From an uncultured Myxococcales bacterium (GTDB lineage: Bacteria > Myxococcota_A > UBA9042), in NCBI GenBank assembly GCA_903919145.1, contig CAIXGW010000063.1, forward strand, positions 8,253 to 72,252: 64,000 nt of DNA. The letters run 5' to 3'. The translations under genes were made by a program, and so were the position numbers. Each line of letters opens with the position of its first letter. Position 1 is the stretch's first letter. Below the pieces are notes generated by a model. That model was not told the origin of the DNA, ran no database searches, and worked only from the letters and a program-made list of their open reading frames with translations. Positions 28,305-38,900 of this stretch are shown piece after piece.

Positions 28305-30897
28305 GTTTGCTCCTGCGCCTGGCCCACCAACCGGCGACCAACCCTAAGACGGACCACAGGCCGCGGCGATCCGCGCCAAAACCCGCCGCACAGCCGCTGT
28401 CTGCTGGCAGGCGGGCAGGCGCTGGCCTAGCGGCGCCATCCTTGCTATTTATCAATTTGTCATTTAGCAAATTGTCAGCCAGCGAGTCCTGCCCAGCTGC
28501 TGGCACATCGCCAACTGCCGCAGAGAGTTCGCCAGCATCGCTCCCCGCTGCAGCATCGCTCCCCGCGGGTACGTCGGCCAGCGCCACGCCGTCGCCTTCG
28601 CCGTCGAGCGCCAGCGCAACCTCAAGGTCTGCGGCTGTGGCGTCGCCGCCGCCGGCATCCGGTCCGGGGTCAGCGACCACGGCGGTGCCCGCTTGCAGGC
28701 AGGCCTCCAGGTCGTCGTCCATCGCCGCGCCGCCCAGGGCCAGGACTGCGGCGCCGGCGCCAAAGCCCATCATCGGCACCGCGCCGGCAAACTGGCCCGC
28801 CGCAGCGCCAGAGGTACCCAGCAGCTCGGGGACGATGCCACCGCCTTGCTGGGCGACCTCCAGCACCCGCTGGCGCAGGGCATCGCGGTGCGCCTGCAGC
28901 GGGGCCCCGGCGTCCACGGCCCTGTCTAGCCAGCGCAGGACCCGCAGGTCAATAAACAGCCACTCTTGACTGTCGTACTCGCCGCCGTCGTCATTGCGAA
29001 AAAAGCCCGGGCCGCCCCCCGCCGCCAGCTTGGCCAGCCAGGCTGCCCAGGAGGCCTGCGCCACCGCGCCCCACGGCGGCAACTGCCCGTCCAGAAAAGC
29101 TTCTACCGCGGCAAGGTCATGGGCCTGGCCCGGGGCTTCCTCCAGATTGCCGCGCAGATAGCTCTTTCCATCTGAAAGCTTGGTCTGGATAGCTTGATGC
29201 AGCGCTTTGGCATCTGCGCGGTACTGCCCAGCCAGCTTGCCTTCTCCGGCCCAGGTGGCCAGCTGAGCCGCTGCGCACAGGCCGCGCACGGCCGCTATGG
29301 AGGTGTAGGCAAAGTGCTTTTGCTGGCCGTTCCAGTGCACCTCCCAGATCGACGAGTCGGGCTTGACCAGCCCGGTGGCGTCCACCGATTTTCGCAGCGG
29401 CTCTGCGATCAGGTCGCGCAGGACCGGCCACCACTGCGCCAAAAACTCGCTGTCGGCCGAGGCCTGCAGATACCTGCCGGCCTGCCACAGCACCAGACCA
29501 AAACCGTCCAGCTCGATGTTGGGGCCAAACTCATTGATATCGCTTTCTTCTGTGCCACCGCCCCAGTAGCGGGTGACCGACACCCGGTACGGACCGCCGA
29601 CCTCTGCCTGGTACTGACCCGCCTTGCCGCGCAGCACAAACTCCAGCGCCGCCTTGGCCATGTCCAGCCGTCCGGCAGCTGCCAGAGCCACCCCGGCGTA
29701 GGCCTGGTCGCGCGGCCAGGTGATATTCCACTGGCCTGGAGGCAGGCTGGCCACGATCTGCCCGCGCGGCGCCAGCCCGGTGCCGGCGCCATCCTGCGGC
29801 CCGCTGGCATTGGGCTGGCGGCTCTGGGCCATCCGCAGCAACATCAAAGAGCGCCGATACAGCAGCAGCGCTTCGCCGGCCAGCCCCGCGGGCTCTTTCG
29901 CTTGCGCGTGCCAGGACTGCCACCAGGCCAGCTCGTCAGCCAGCAGCTGCTGCGGCGTCCGGCCCTGCAGAAACTGGTCGCTCTGGGCCGCCAGCACCGC
30001 CGCTGAGGCGCCCGCTTGGTACAGCGCCAGCGCCGCCACCGCCGCCTTTTGCCCAGGGGCCAGCTGAATCTGCCAGAGCATGCCGGCCACGCGGTCGGCA
30101 CCAACGCCGCTGTCGGCCTGGCCACCCAGGGGCTGCGCCTTGACAAACTTGTTGAAGGGATTGACTGTTTCAAGAGAGATGGGGGTCTGAGCACTGGTCG
30201 CGGTGGCGCTGTGGGCCAGCCCGTCTACGGCTTGCAGCCAAACGCGGTGGTCCGACGCCGGGCTGGACTCCAGCAGCGATCGCACCCCGGTGGCCACCAG
30301 CTGCTCTGGCTCGCTGGCGGGCTGCGGCGCACCGGCGCCCAGGTGGGCATTAAAAAGCAGAGATACTTCAATGGTTTTGGCGGAATCGCTCTGGTTATGC
30401 ACCTCTGCCATCAGCACCACGCCGCGCCCCTGCAGGGTCTGCGGCACCCACACCATGGTCTGAAGTGTTACTTTACCATTGACATCCCAACTGCGCTTTT
30501 CAGCTATCACTCCGGCCGATTCAGGGTAACCCAATACGGCCGAACTGGCGGTGCACACCTGGCCGACCGCGCAGCCCTGCAGCGGCAGCCCCGGCGCCCA
30601 GACGCCCGCAGCTCCCGGCGTGCGCAGGCCAAAGTAGGCGTCATGCAAGACATCTTGGGTCGGCTGGCCGGCCACCAGCGCTTGGTAGGGCTGCAGCCAC
30701 AGGTCTTGCAGCCGCCCTTTGGCGTGGTCAAACACCGCGATCGCCAAGCCATTGCCGGCCACGCGCAGCGCAAACGGCTTGGCGGCGGGCAGGGCGGCAC
30801 CGGCCCCGGAAGCCCCAGCGGCGATCGCCAGGGCCCCCACAGCAGCCGCGGCGACCCACCGCACGCAATGACCGCGGCGAAAAGCTACCTTGGGCAT
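28297..30897 (-). CDS. Secreted GH15/glucoamylase-like (alpha/alpha)6 glycoside hydrolase with MYXO-CTERM-like tail
   Basis: GQIVASL..WNITWPRD, ELDGFG and SIWE; Asp/Ala linker; C-terminal SGCAAG..LGLVAGWWARRR. Confidence 0.8.
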   Translation of the reverse strand: MPKVAFRRGHCVRWVAAAAVGALAIAAGASGAGAALPAAKPFALRVAGNGLAIAVFDHAKGRLQDLWLQPYQALVAGQPTQDVLHDAYFGLRTPGAAGVWAPGLPLQGCAVGQVCTASSAVLGYPESAGVIAEKRSWDVNGKVTLQTMVWVPQTLQGRGVVLMAEVHNQSDSAKTIEVSLLFNAHLGAGAPQPASEPEQLVATGVRSLLESSPASDHRVWLQAVDGLAHSATATSAQTPISLETVNPFNKFVKAQPLGGQADSGVGADRVAGMLWQIQLAPGQKAAVAALALYQAGASAAVLAAQSDQFLQGRTPQQLLADELAWWQSWHAQAKEPAGLAGEALLLYRRSLMLLRMAQSRQPNASGPQDGAGTGLAPRGQIVASLPPGQWNITWPRDQAYAGVALAAAGRLDMAKAALEFVLRGKAGQYQAEVGGPYRVSVTRYWGGGTEESDINEFGPNIELDGFGLVLWQAGRYLQASADSEFLAQWWPVLRDLIAEPLRKSVDATGLVKPDSSIWEVHWNGQQKHFAYTSIAAVRGLCAAAQLATWAGEGKLAGQYRADAKALHQAIQTKLSDGKSYLRGNLEEAPGQAHDLAAVEAFLDGQLPPWGAVAQASWAAWLAKLAAGGGPGFFRNDDGGEYDSQEWLFIDLRVLRWLDRAVDAGAPLQAHRDALRQRVLEVAQQGGGIVPELLGTSGAAAGQFAGAVPMMGFGAGAAVLALGGAAMDDDLEACLQAGTAVVADPGPDAGGGDATAADLEVALALDGEGDGVALADVPAGSDAAAGSDAGELSAAVGDVPAAGQDSLADNLLNDKLINSKDGAARPAPARLPADSGCAAGFGADRRGLWSVLGLVAGWWARRRSKHG

Positions 30898-31769
30898 GGC
30901 TTTACCTCCGCCAAGGGGCAGCGCTGCCAGGTGACTTTGCCGTCCACCCTGGTCAGGTAGCGAATCTCGGCGTAGCCCGCCGCCGCTACCGCCGCCACGC
31001 AAGCCTGCAGCCCACCGCCAACGTCTTGCGGAGCATGGCTATCGTCGCCCAGCGTCACAGCTATCCCCATGCGCCGGGCCTGGTCCAGCACATCGGGCAG
31101 CGGGTAGACCGGACCCAGGCCGCGCCGCACCGGAGCCGCGTTGACATCGATCACGCTGCCCGCCGCTTCAATGGACTGCAACGCCCGCTGCAGCGCTGGC
31201 CAGGCCTCGGGCCGGATCTGCGGTGTCGGACCGTCAAACTTGCGAATCAGGTCCAGGTGACCCACAACCTCGGGCCGCAGCACCTGCACCAGCTCGGCCA
31301 CGGCTTCAAAGTAGTGGATCTGCAAAGCCGCCGGTCCGCCCAGGTCGCGGGCCAGCTGCGCCGTTGTCTCTGCGGCAAAATCAATGCAGATGCCGTTGAC
31401 GTGGTGGACGCTGCCCACCAGGTAATCCAGCTGGCACTGGCTGCGCAGGTCGGTCATTGCCGTAGCCCAGCTTTCGGGCGGCAACCGCTCGGTCTCCATG
31501 CCCACCAGCACTTCCATGCGCCCCTGCCACTGCAGCTGCAGCGCGCGGGCCTCGCTCACAAAGGCGTAAAACATCTCGAGCAGTTGGTCGGGCCGCAGCC
31601 CTTGCTCCTCTGGAAACAGGTCCTGGGGGCGAAAGCGCGGCGCGTGCTCAGAGAGGCCGTAGTGGCTAAAGCCGCGGGCGTAGGCGGCCTGCAGCACGTC
31701 GGCCAGATTGCCGTGGGCGTGCAGGCAGTAGCGACCGCTGTGCCCCCCGTGATAGCTGCACCAAGCCAT
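30885..31769 (-). CDS. Histidinol-phosphatase, HisJ/HisK PHP family
   Basis: SYHGGHS..YCLHA, SEHAPR, GMETE, YLVGSVHH, GHLDLIRKF and GDDSH. Confidence 0.88.
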   Translation of the reverse strand: MAWCSYHGGHSGRYCLHAHGNLADVLQAAYARGFSHYGLSEHAPRFRPQDLFPEEQGLRPDQLLEMFYAFVSEARALQLQWQGRMEVLVGMETERLPPESWATAMTDLRSQCQLDYLVGSVHHVNGICIDFAAETTAQLARDLGGPAALQIHYFEAVAELVQVLRPEVVGHLDLIRKFDGPTPQIRPEAWPALQRALQSIEAAGSVIDVNAAPVRRGLGPVYPLPDVLDQARRMGIAVTLGDDSHAPQDVGGGLQACVAAVAAAGYAEIRYLTRVDGKVTWQRCPLAEVKPCPR

Positions 31770-31934
31770 GGCCCCTGCGCCGCGCCGCCCGTGCGCGCCT
31801 GGGCCCCAGTGTAGCCGCAGTAGCGGGCCGCGTCTCGGCTGTTGGGCCCCGCGTCGCCACAGCCGCGCTTGCGCCGCCGCCAATGTCGGACTAAAATGGT
31901 CCGCGAATGGGCCGACGGCCCTGCAGGTGAATTC

Positions 31935-32345
31935 ATGGGCGGCGTCAATCCTTATGTTCGCACCAGCTCTGTGCCGCTGCCGACCCGGCCCTACCGGATC
32001 ACCGTGGCCGGCACAGGTCAGGTCATTGAAGTCCATCCAGAAGAGCTGCCGCTTGGCCGCGATGGCCGGCCAGGATCGCTGCTGGATGTCTTGCTGCACC
32101 ACGGCGTCAAGGTCGACCACGCGTGCGGCGGTGTGGTCAGCTGCTCTACGTGCCATGTGATCGTTCGCAAGGGTCTTTCTAGCTGCAATCCCGCCGAAGA
32201 GGCCGAAGAGGACATGCTCGATACGGCGCCCGGTCTGACCCCGCAGTCGCGCCTGTCTTGCCAGGCCGTGCCAAACGGCTCGCAGGACGTGGTGGTCGAG
32301 ATCCCGGCGTGGAACCGCAACCAGATCAAAGAGTCTGATTTCTAG
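31935..32345 (+). CDS. fdx: 2Fe-2S ferredoxin, ISC (adrenodoxin) type
   Basis: HACGGVVSCSTCHV..EEDMLD..SRLSCQ. Confidence 0.93.
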   Translation: MGGVNPYVRTSSVPLPTRPYRITVAGTGQVIEVHPEELPLGRDGRPGSLLDVLLHHGVKVDHACGGVVSCSTCHVIVRKGLSSCNPAEEAEEDMLDTAPGLTPQSRLSCQAVPNGSQDVVVEIPAWNRNQIKESDF

Positions 32346-32483
32346 TACCCAAGGCCGTTAATTCGATCCGGGTTGCACCCGGTTCTTGTTCACGGGCCTT
32401 GGCTACTACTACTGGGTCTTTTTCCGTACCCCAAACCACCTCCGTTCCGGAACCCGGAACAAACTTGGGGTTTGGGGTACTAG
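32342..32483 (+). mobile_element. 142-bp dispersed repeat (MITE-like), copy 2, CTAG at both ends
   Basis: Terminal inverted repeat CTAGTACCC...GGGTACTAG. The left CTAG contains the fdx stop. Internal 11-bp inverted repeat GTACCCCAAAC/GTTTGGGGTAC. Confidence 0.8.
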
Positions 32484-32506
32484 AGTGTTGTCGCCAGGAG
32501 CCCCCG

Positions 32507-32836
32507 ATGGACGAGCTGATGTTCCGCCAATACACCGACCGCCTCTACCGCGCGGTGCTGCAGCGCCTGGACCGCGAAGATCCCGATGTCATTGAAGGGG
32601 AGCTGTCGGCCGGGGTCGTCAAGATCCGCAATGCCGCCGGCCAGATCTATGTGCTGAACCACCAGGTGCCGGTCAGCGAGATCTGGTATGCCGCGGGCGA
32701 CCGCGCCTGGCACTTCCAGCACCAGACCGATGGGCACTGGCTGGACCCGCGCAACGGCGAAGAGCTGGCCGCCGTCCTGGGCCAGACCCTGAGCCGACTC
32801 GCCGGCATTCCGCTGGAGTTTGACATCCCGCAGTAG
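32507..32836 (+). CDS. cyaY: Frataxin-like iron donor CyaY
   Basis: GVVKI..YVLNHQVPVSEIWYA..AWHF..W..RNGEEL. AGGAG upstream. Confidence 0.85.
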   Translation: MDELMFRQYTDRLYRAVLQRLDREDPDVIEGELSAGVVKIRNAAGQIYVLNHQVPVSEIWYAAGDRAWHFQHQTDGHWLDPRNGEELAAVLGQTLSRLAGIPLEFDIPQ

Positions 32837-32901
32837 CGGCCAAGGCGCTCCGCTGCAGGGATCCGTTGGCACCCGCCGGGCTTTTCGCTATGCTGCGGCC
32901 A

Positions 32902-34620
32902 ATGAACACGCCACACCCTACGAAATCACTAGAAAACTACCGCCATCCGTCGCGAGCTCGGCGTCGCGCCTTTCCCATGGCGCTGGTGGCGGCCAGCTTG
33001 GCAGCGGCGCTGGTGGCCGGGCCAGCGCTGGCCTTCTCGGTCGACGTGCACCGCTGGCTGACCGAGCGGGCGCTGCGCGGCGTGGTGCCGATTGGGGCGC
33101 TGATGACGCCAACCGAAGACCAGTACATGGGGTTTTGGCTGTGGTTTGGCAAGGCTATGGCCTCGCCCTCGGTCAGCGCCGAGCTCGACGGGCCGGACCC
33201 CAAGCGCTTCACCACCCGCTACACCAGCCCTCGCTCTTTTGACGCCTTTGCGATCCGCGGTTTCTTGGGGCTCTCTCAAGAGCCAACGCCGGCCGTGCTG
33301 GGCTTGGAGACTTTTGACCGCGACGGCGAGGTCGATCGCTTCAACGCGATGGTGCGCGGCTCGGCCCAGCCCGACATCGACCGGCGCAACCAGAATCGCT
33401 TTGCCTATGACGAACGGCGCAATCCGCTGCTGGCCCCCGACGGCCGGCGCGTGCCCGCCGACCCAACTGCGCTGAACATGGGCGCAGCCTCGGGAATTGC
33501 CAGCCAGGCCCACGCCCACTACCAGCTGGCGGCCGACAAGCCCAGTGACGACCCAGAAGTGCTCAAGACTGAGCCCTGGAACTTTGCCGTGCGGCTGGGC
33601 TTTGACGGGCCGGTCGAGACTTCGGCCGCCGACATGGCGCAGATGCACCTGGACATGGCGATTGTGATGCGCGCTTGGGTCGATGAGCAGCAGGGCGCTG
33701 TCAGCGACTACATGCCAATTCTATGGGCGTCTGCGGGCTTGCACTACGTTCAGGATGCGGCGGGCCAGCTGCACACCGTGCAAGTCGGCGCCTATGACGT
33801 GTTTGTCCGCGCCAAGCTGATGTGGTACCTGCACGGTCTGCGCACCGCCGGCGGCTACTTGGCGCCTCTGCCGACCTTCACCTCGATCGGCGCCGACCTG
33901 CTGCGCAATTTGCACTTTCTGGCAGAGGCGTGGATGGCCGACCAGCTGGACCGCGCGCGCCTTGGCAAACCGCTGGAGCCGGCGATCCAAAAAGCCTGGG
34001 CAGCTCTTGATAAGCCAGAGCGTTTTGAGCCCGACCCGCAACTTGTGGCCGCCTTGGGCAAACAGCTGGAGCCACACTTGGCCGACCCGTTCAAAGTGCA
34101 GCCGTGGCAAGACGGGCAGGGTGCTGCCTCGATCCTGGTGCACACGCTGGCCAAAATCGGCAGCCGCGAAGGGGCGGCGATCTATCAGGCCGCCCTGGAC
34201 ATGGCCGACGGCGAGCTGCTGCAAGTGGGCTACAAGCTCGATGACAGCCTACCCTTGCAGCCGCGCCACCTGGCCAGCGGAGACACGGCGGCGGCCGCCG
34301 TGCAGGCCATGGCCCAGCTGCAGGCCAAGAGCGTCACCCGGACCCTGACCGCGACCCGGCTTTACTGGCAGGCCTACGAGCAGGGCAACGCCGACTCGGC
34401 CGCCAGGCGCCTGCGTCGCAATGCCCTGAACCGGCTAGACAAACAGCAGCGACTGCAGAAAGAGTGGCTGGCCGCTGCCGGCCGCAGCGCCGGAGCCGCC
34501 AAGCTGGACAATGGCAGCGAGCAGCGCCCTGAGTTCTTGGCGGCCGAGCTGGCGGCCGGGCTTGGGGCCGCTGGGCTGGCGGCATGGGCGTGGCGGCGGC
34601 GCCGCAAGGGGGCTATATGA
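32902..34620 (+). CDS. Secreted, C-terminally anchored protein, possible Zn-dependent phospholipase C/P1 nuclease fold
   Basis: ALA-cleaved signal followed by FSVDVH, then PD, HAH and GLHYVQD..LH; C-terminal TM plus RRRRK. Start uncertain. Confidence 0.55.
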   Translation: MNTPHPTKSLENYRHPSRARRRAFPMALVAASLAAALVAGPALAFSVDVHRWLTERALRGVVPIGALMTPTEDQYMGFWLWFGKAMASPSVSAELDGPDPKRFTTRYTSPRSFDAFAIRGFLGLSQEPTPAVLGLETFDRDGEVDRFNAMVRGSAQPDIDRRNQNRFAYDERRNPLLAPDGRRVPADPTALNMGAASGIASQAHAHYQLAADKPSDDPEVLKTEPWNFAVRLGFDGPVETSAADMAQMHLDMAIVMRAWVDEQQGAVSDYMPILWASAGLHYVQDAAGQLHTVQVGAYDVFVRAKLMWYLHGLRTAGGYLAPLPTFTSIGADLLRNLHFLAEAWMADQLDRARLGKPLEPAIQKAWAALDKPERFEPDPQLVAALGKQLEPHLADPFKVQPWQDGQGAASILVHTLAKIGSREGAAIYQAALDMADGELLQVGYKLDDSLPLQPRHLASGDTAAAAVQAMAQLQAKSVTRTLTATRLYWQAYEQGNADSAARRLRRNALNRLDKQQRLQKEWLAAAGRSAGAAKLDNGSEQRPEFLAAELAAGLGAAGLAAWAWRRRRKGAI

Positions 34621-35810
34621 GCCAGGAATCGGGGGACCACGCGCAAGCGCTTGGGCTTTGGCGGATGCAGGTTGCCGAGCTGCTGGACCGCCCCGAGCGG
34701 CTGCAGCTGCAGCTGCGCGATGTGCGCAGTGCCGGCTTGGGGCTGGCGGACCAATGGCCTGCGGATTTTGACAGTGTCTGCGCGGCGTTGTGGCGAAGCT
34801 GCGACGGCGGCGGTCGGCGCCTGGTGCTGCTGCCGCTGCTGGAGGGGCACGCCCTGGGCCCAGCGCTGACCCAAGCCATGCTTAGCAGCGTAGAGGGGCG
34901 CGAAGAGCGATCGGCCAACGCCGCCCTGGCATTGCTGGACGAGCGCGGGCAGCTCGATCCTTCGCAGTGGCGCCGCGTGGCCGCCGTTGCCCGCGCCCAG
35001 CGCCAGGCACTGCTACCCGACATCGATGCCGTACAGCTTCTGGCCCGGCACGGGCCCCCTGAGGCCATGGCCACCGTGGCCCTGACGGCCTTTCGCCTGG
35101 GCCCAGAAGACGCCGATGACCGCCTGACCTGCCTGGCTGGGCTGGGCCGGTTTGCCGACCCGCGGATCCTGCCGTGGCTGCAGGCTCTGGCCCGAACCGG
35201 CTCGGCCGGCCTGGAAGTGCTTCAGGCCGCCGCCCAGATCATGGCGCGCGAGCCAGAAGCGCCGGGCCTCGCCGAGCTGCTGCTGGAATTGGCCAGCGGC
35301 GAAGCTGGGCTAGATGCGTTGCTGCGCTGGTCTGCGTTAGACGGCCTCTGCCACTTGCAGGGCGCTGAGGCACTGCCGGCCCTGCTGGCGGCCCACGCGG
35401 CGGCCGGCCAAGACCTGCCTGCCTGGTACCTGCCCATGCTCGCCGGCCGGGCCTTGGCCCTGGAACCCAGCCTGGCCAAAGGCGGTCCCGCGGCGCTGCA
35501 CCTGGCGGCAGTGGCTCTGCAAGTGCCAAGCTGGCCGCCGGTTCCGGGCTTGGACCAGCGCGCCCTTTCTCGCGATGCGCGGGTGGCCCGCCAGGCCGCC
35601 TTTGAGCAACCAAGCCCCAGCCCTGATGTATTGCGCCAGCGCGCTGGCATGGAGGCCGCGCTGGTCGCCCGCCACCAGCTGGTGGGCAGCCTGCTGCCAG
35701 AGGCGCCGGCAAAAGCCCTGCCGGTCGAGTTCGCCGCCAACTGGGCCAGCATCACCGAAGAAGAGCGAGACCTATTGCTCCGCCAGGAGGCTATCTGGCT
35801 GCAGGGCTAG
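34617..35810 (+). CDS. Alpha-helical (HEAT-like) hypothetical protein
   Basis: ATGA overlap with the upstream gene; Ala/Leu-rich helical repeats. Confidence 0.6.
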   Translation: MSQESGDHAQALGLWRMQVAELLDRPERLQLQLRDVRSAGLGLADQWPADFDSVCAALWRSCDGGGRRLVLLPLLEGHALGPALTQAMLSSVEGREERSANAALALLDERGQLDPSQWRRVAAVARAQRQALLPDIDAVQLLARHGPPEAMATVALTAFRLGPEDADDRLTCLAGLGRFADPRILPWLQALARTGSAGLEVLQAAAQIMAREPEAPGLAELLLELASGEAGLDALLRWSALDGLCHLQGAEALPALLAAHAAAGQDLPAWYLPMLAGRALALEPSLAKGGPAALHLAAVALQVPSWPPVPGLDQRALSRDARVARQAAFEQPSPSPDVLRQRAGMEAALVARHQLVGSLLPEAPAKALPVEFAANWASITEEERDLLLRQEAIWLQG

Positions 35811-35985
35811 GAATTGCAGCGCACAAGGGCGCCGCTGTGGAACTCGCTGGTTGCCGGCGGTGCGCATATTTCGCTATGCTGCACGCAGTGGACCCTGCCT
35901 TGGGTCAGTTTGGGTGGTCGCGCTGATGGGGTTCCCGCTCGGCTTTGAGGCACTGCGCCGCTATGACGCTCTGGCCGGTCGGGCT

Positions 35986-38900
35986 GTGCATGGCGTCGTC
36001 GTGGCTTGCCGCGGGCGATCGCCGGTCAGCGCACTGGCGCGGCTGGCGAGGGTGGCGGCAGCGGCGATGGCTGTGCTAGTGCTTGGCGGCTGCCTGGAGA
36101 CCGAGTTTGGTCCGGCCCTGACCGACAGCGCCAGTCCCGCCGACGACCAGGGCAGCAGCTCTGGCGATGCACCCACCGACAGCACCCGAATTGACAGCCA
36201 ACCCGCAGACACCGCCCAAGACAGCTCTGGCACTGCCGACGCGGGCCAGACGAAGTGCCCTGGCAGCCCGGGCTGCCCCTGCGCCATCACCCAGGACTGC
36301 GGCGCAGGAGCCTGCCTGGTGACCGCCAATGGCAAGCGCTGCGCCGCCTTCTGCATAGAGGGCAGCTGCGACGTGGGGTCGACCTGTGGCGCCGTGGCGG
36401 TCGAAATTCCGGGCGCGCCCACGGCAACCAAGTTCGGCGTGTGCCTGCCGCGCTGGCCCACTGACTGCGTGCCGTGCCTTGGCAACTCCGACTGCGCCAA
36501 CCCGGCCGACGCCGCGGCCGCCTGCGTCGATCCTGCCGGCGGCGACGGCGCCAACGGCTGGTTTTGCGCCTCCTCTTGCAAGCAGGACGCCGACTGCGCG
36601 CCAGGGCGCACCTGCAAAACCCTCAAGGGCCTGGACGGCAGCATGCACCAGACCTGTGCGCCAACCTCAGGCCAGTGCGCCTGCTCTCCGCTGGCCGTGC
36701 AGACGGCTGCCGCCACTTCCTGCCGCAAAACAGCTGCGGGCATGGGCGTTTGCAAGGGCCTGCGCAGCTGCTCCAGCGGTGCGCTCAGCGCCTGCTCAGC
36801 CCAGACTCCCCTCCCCGAAGCCTGCAACGGCCTGGACGACGACTGCGACAGCGCCGTAGACGAGCCGATCGACGCCACGCCGCTGTGCGCCGACCAGGAG
36901 CCGTGCACGGCAGAAAGTTGCCAGGGATCCAAGGGCTGCGCCTACCTGCCCGTCAGCGTAACCTGCAGCGATGACGACCCCTGCACCAGCGGAGACAAGT
37001 GCGGCAACGGCAAATGCGCTGGCGGTCCAGCCAACTGCGACGACAACAACCCCTGCACTACTGATTCTTGCGCCAGCGAAACCGGCTGCACTTATGTGGC
37101 CACTGCCGGCCCCTGCCACGACGGCGACAAGTGCACCAAGGGCGACGTGTGTGCTGCCGGCGAGTGCGCGTCAGGCCCCGCACTGAGCTGCGACGACGCC
37201 AACCCCTGTACCAACGACTGGTGCGACGCGCTACAGGGCTGCACCTCCCTGCCCAATGACGTCACCTGCACCGACGGCAACGAGTGCACCGGTGTGGACA
37301 CCTGCAAGTCGGGCAAGTGCAGCGGCCCACTGCTGGCCTGCGACGACGGCTGGGGCTGCACTTCAGACAGCTGTGACCCGCTTGCCGGCTGCGTTTTTGC
37401 CTCTGGCCAGCCCAGCTGCGGCCAGGCTCCCATGCCTTATGCCATCGCCATGGACTGCACCGAGACCGCGTTCAGCAGCTGGCGGGTGTCGGCCCCGGGC
37501 ATCGCTGTTGCCGATCCGCAGCCGCCGCTGGTCGCCTGGAAGCTCGACAATCTGCCTCCCTTGGGCGGCACCAGCCAGTGCGCCCTCAATGTCAACAACG
37601 GCAAGGATCTGGCGTGCGGCTTCTTGCAGACGTCGGTCGATGCGTGGGCAGAATCTCCATGGATTGGCCTGACTTCTGTGACCCCAGAGGCTCCGGTGGT
37701 GCTGCGCATGGAGAGTGCCGGCTTCTGGTCCAGCAGCTGGACCGCCAAGATCCTGGTCAGGCAAGAGAACCAGCCGTGGAAAGAGCTGGGCAAGCCCTCG
37801 GCCTCTGGCGCCATCTGGGGCAAGGTCACCGTCGATGTGCCAGAGCTGGCCGGCAAGATGGCGCAGATCCGCTTTCAGTTTTCTGGCAGCGACTGTGCCG
37901 ACAGCGACGGCACCGGCTGGTACGTCCGCAAGGTCTCTTTGGCGGTCGAGCCCTGCGCCAAGAACAACGGCGGCTGCGCACCCACCGCCACTTGCAGCGC
38001 CGGGCCCAACAACAGCGCGGTGTGCGCCTGCAATGCGGGCTACAGCGGCACGGGCAAGATCTGCAGCGACATCAACGAATGCGCCAAGAACAACGGCGGC
38101 TGCGCGGTCGGCGCCACCTGCACCAACAGCATCGGCAGCTTCTCTTGCGGCTGCAAGCCGGGCTTTCAGGGCGATGGCGTCACCTGCACCGACATCAATG
38201 AATGCGCCACCGGTAAGGCCAATTGCGCCGTAGACGCGCTCTGCACCAACACCTCTGGCAGTTTTGTCTGCTCGTGCAAGCCCGGCTACACCGGCAACGG
38301 CAAAATCTGCACCGACATCAATGAATGTGCCTCTGCCAACGGTGGGTGCGCGGTCCAGGCTACCTGCACCAACCTTCCGGGGTCGATGCAGTGCGCCTGC
38401 AAGGCGGGCTACACCGGCACTGGCAAGACCTGCACAGACGTCAACGAGTGCACCACCGTGGGCCTGGCCGACTGCGCCACCGAGGCGACCTGTACCAACA
38501 GCACCGGCTCGTTCAGCTGCGCCTGCAAGCCAGGCTACTTGGGCAACGGCAAGTCGTGCGTGCTCTACGGCAGCGCCGAGCTACCCGCTTCGACCTGCAA
38601 GTCGATCCAGTTGGCCAATCCCGCTACAATCTCTGGCCCTTACTGGCTCAACCTTGCCGGTTCGACGGTCCAGGTCAACTGCGACATGGTCACCGACGGC
38701 GGCGGCTGGACCCTGGTCGGCTACAAGACCGACCTGACCCTCAAGGTCAACAACACCAAGTGCTGCAGTGAGAGTTGGCTAATCAGCGACTTTGCGACGT
38801 ACTTGACGGCCGTTCAGATCAAAGCCCTGCAGTCCCTTTCTACAGAGGGCAGACAGACCTACGTGGGGCAGTGCGTCAAGTTTGCCCACTACGAATACAA

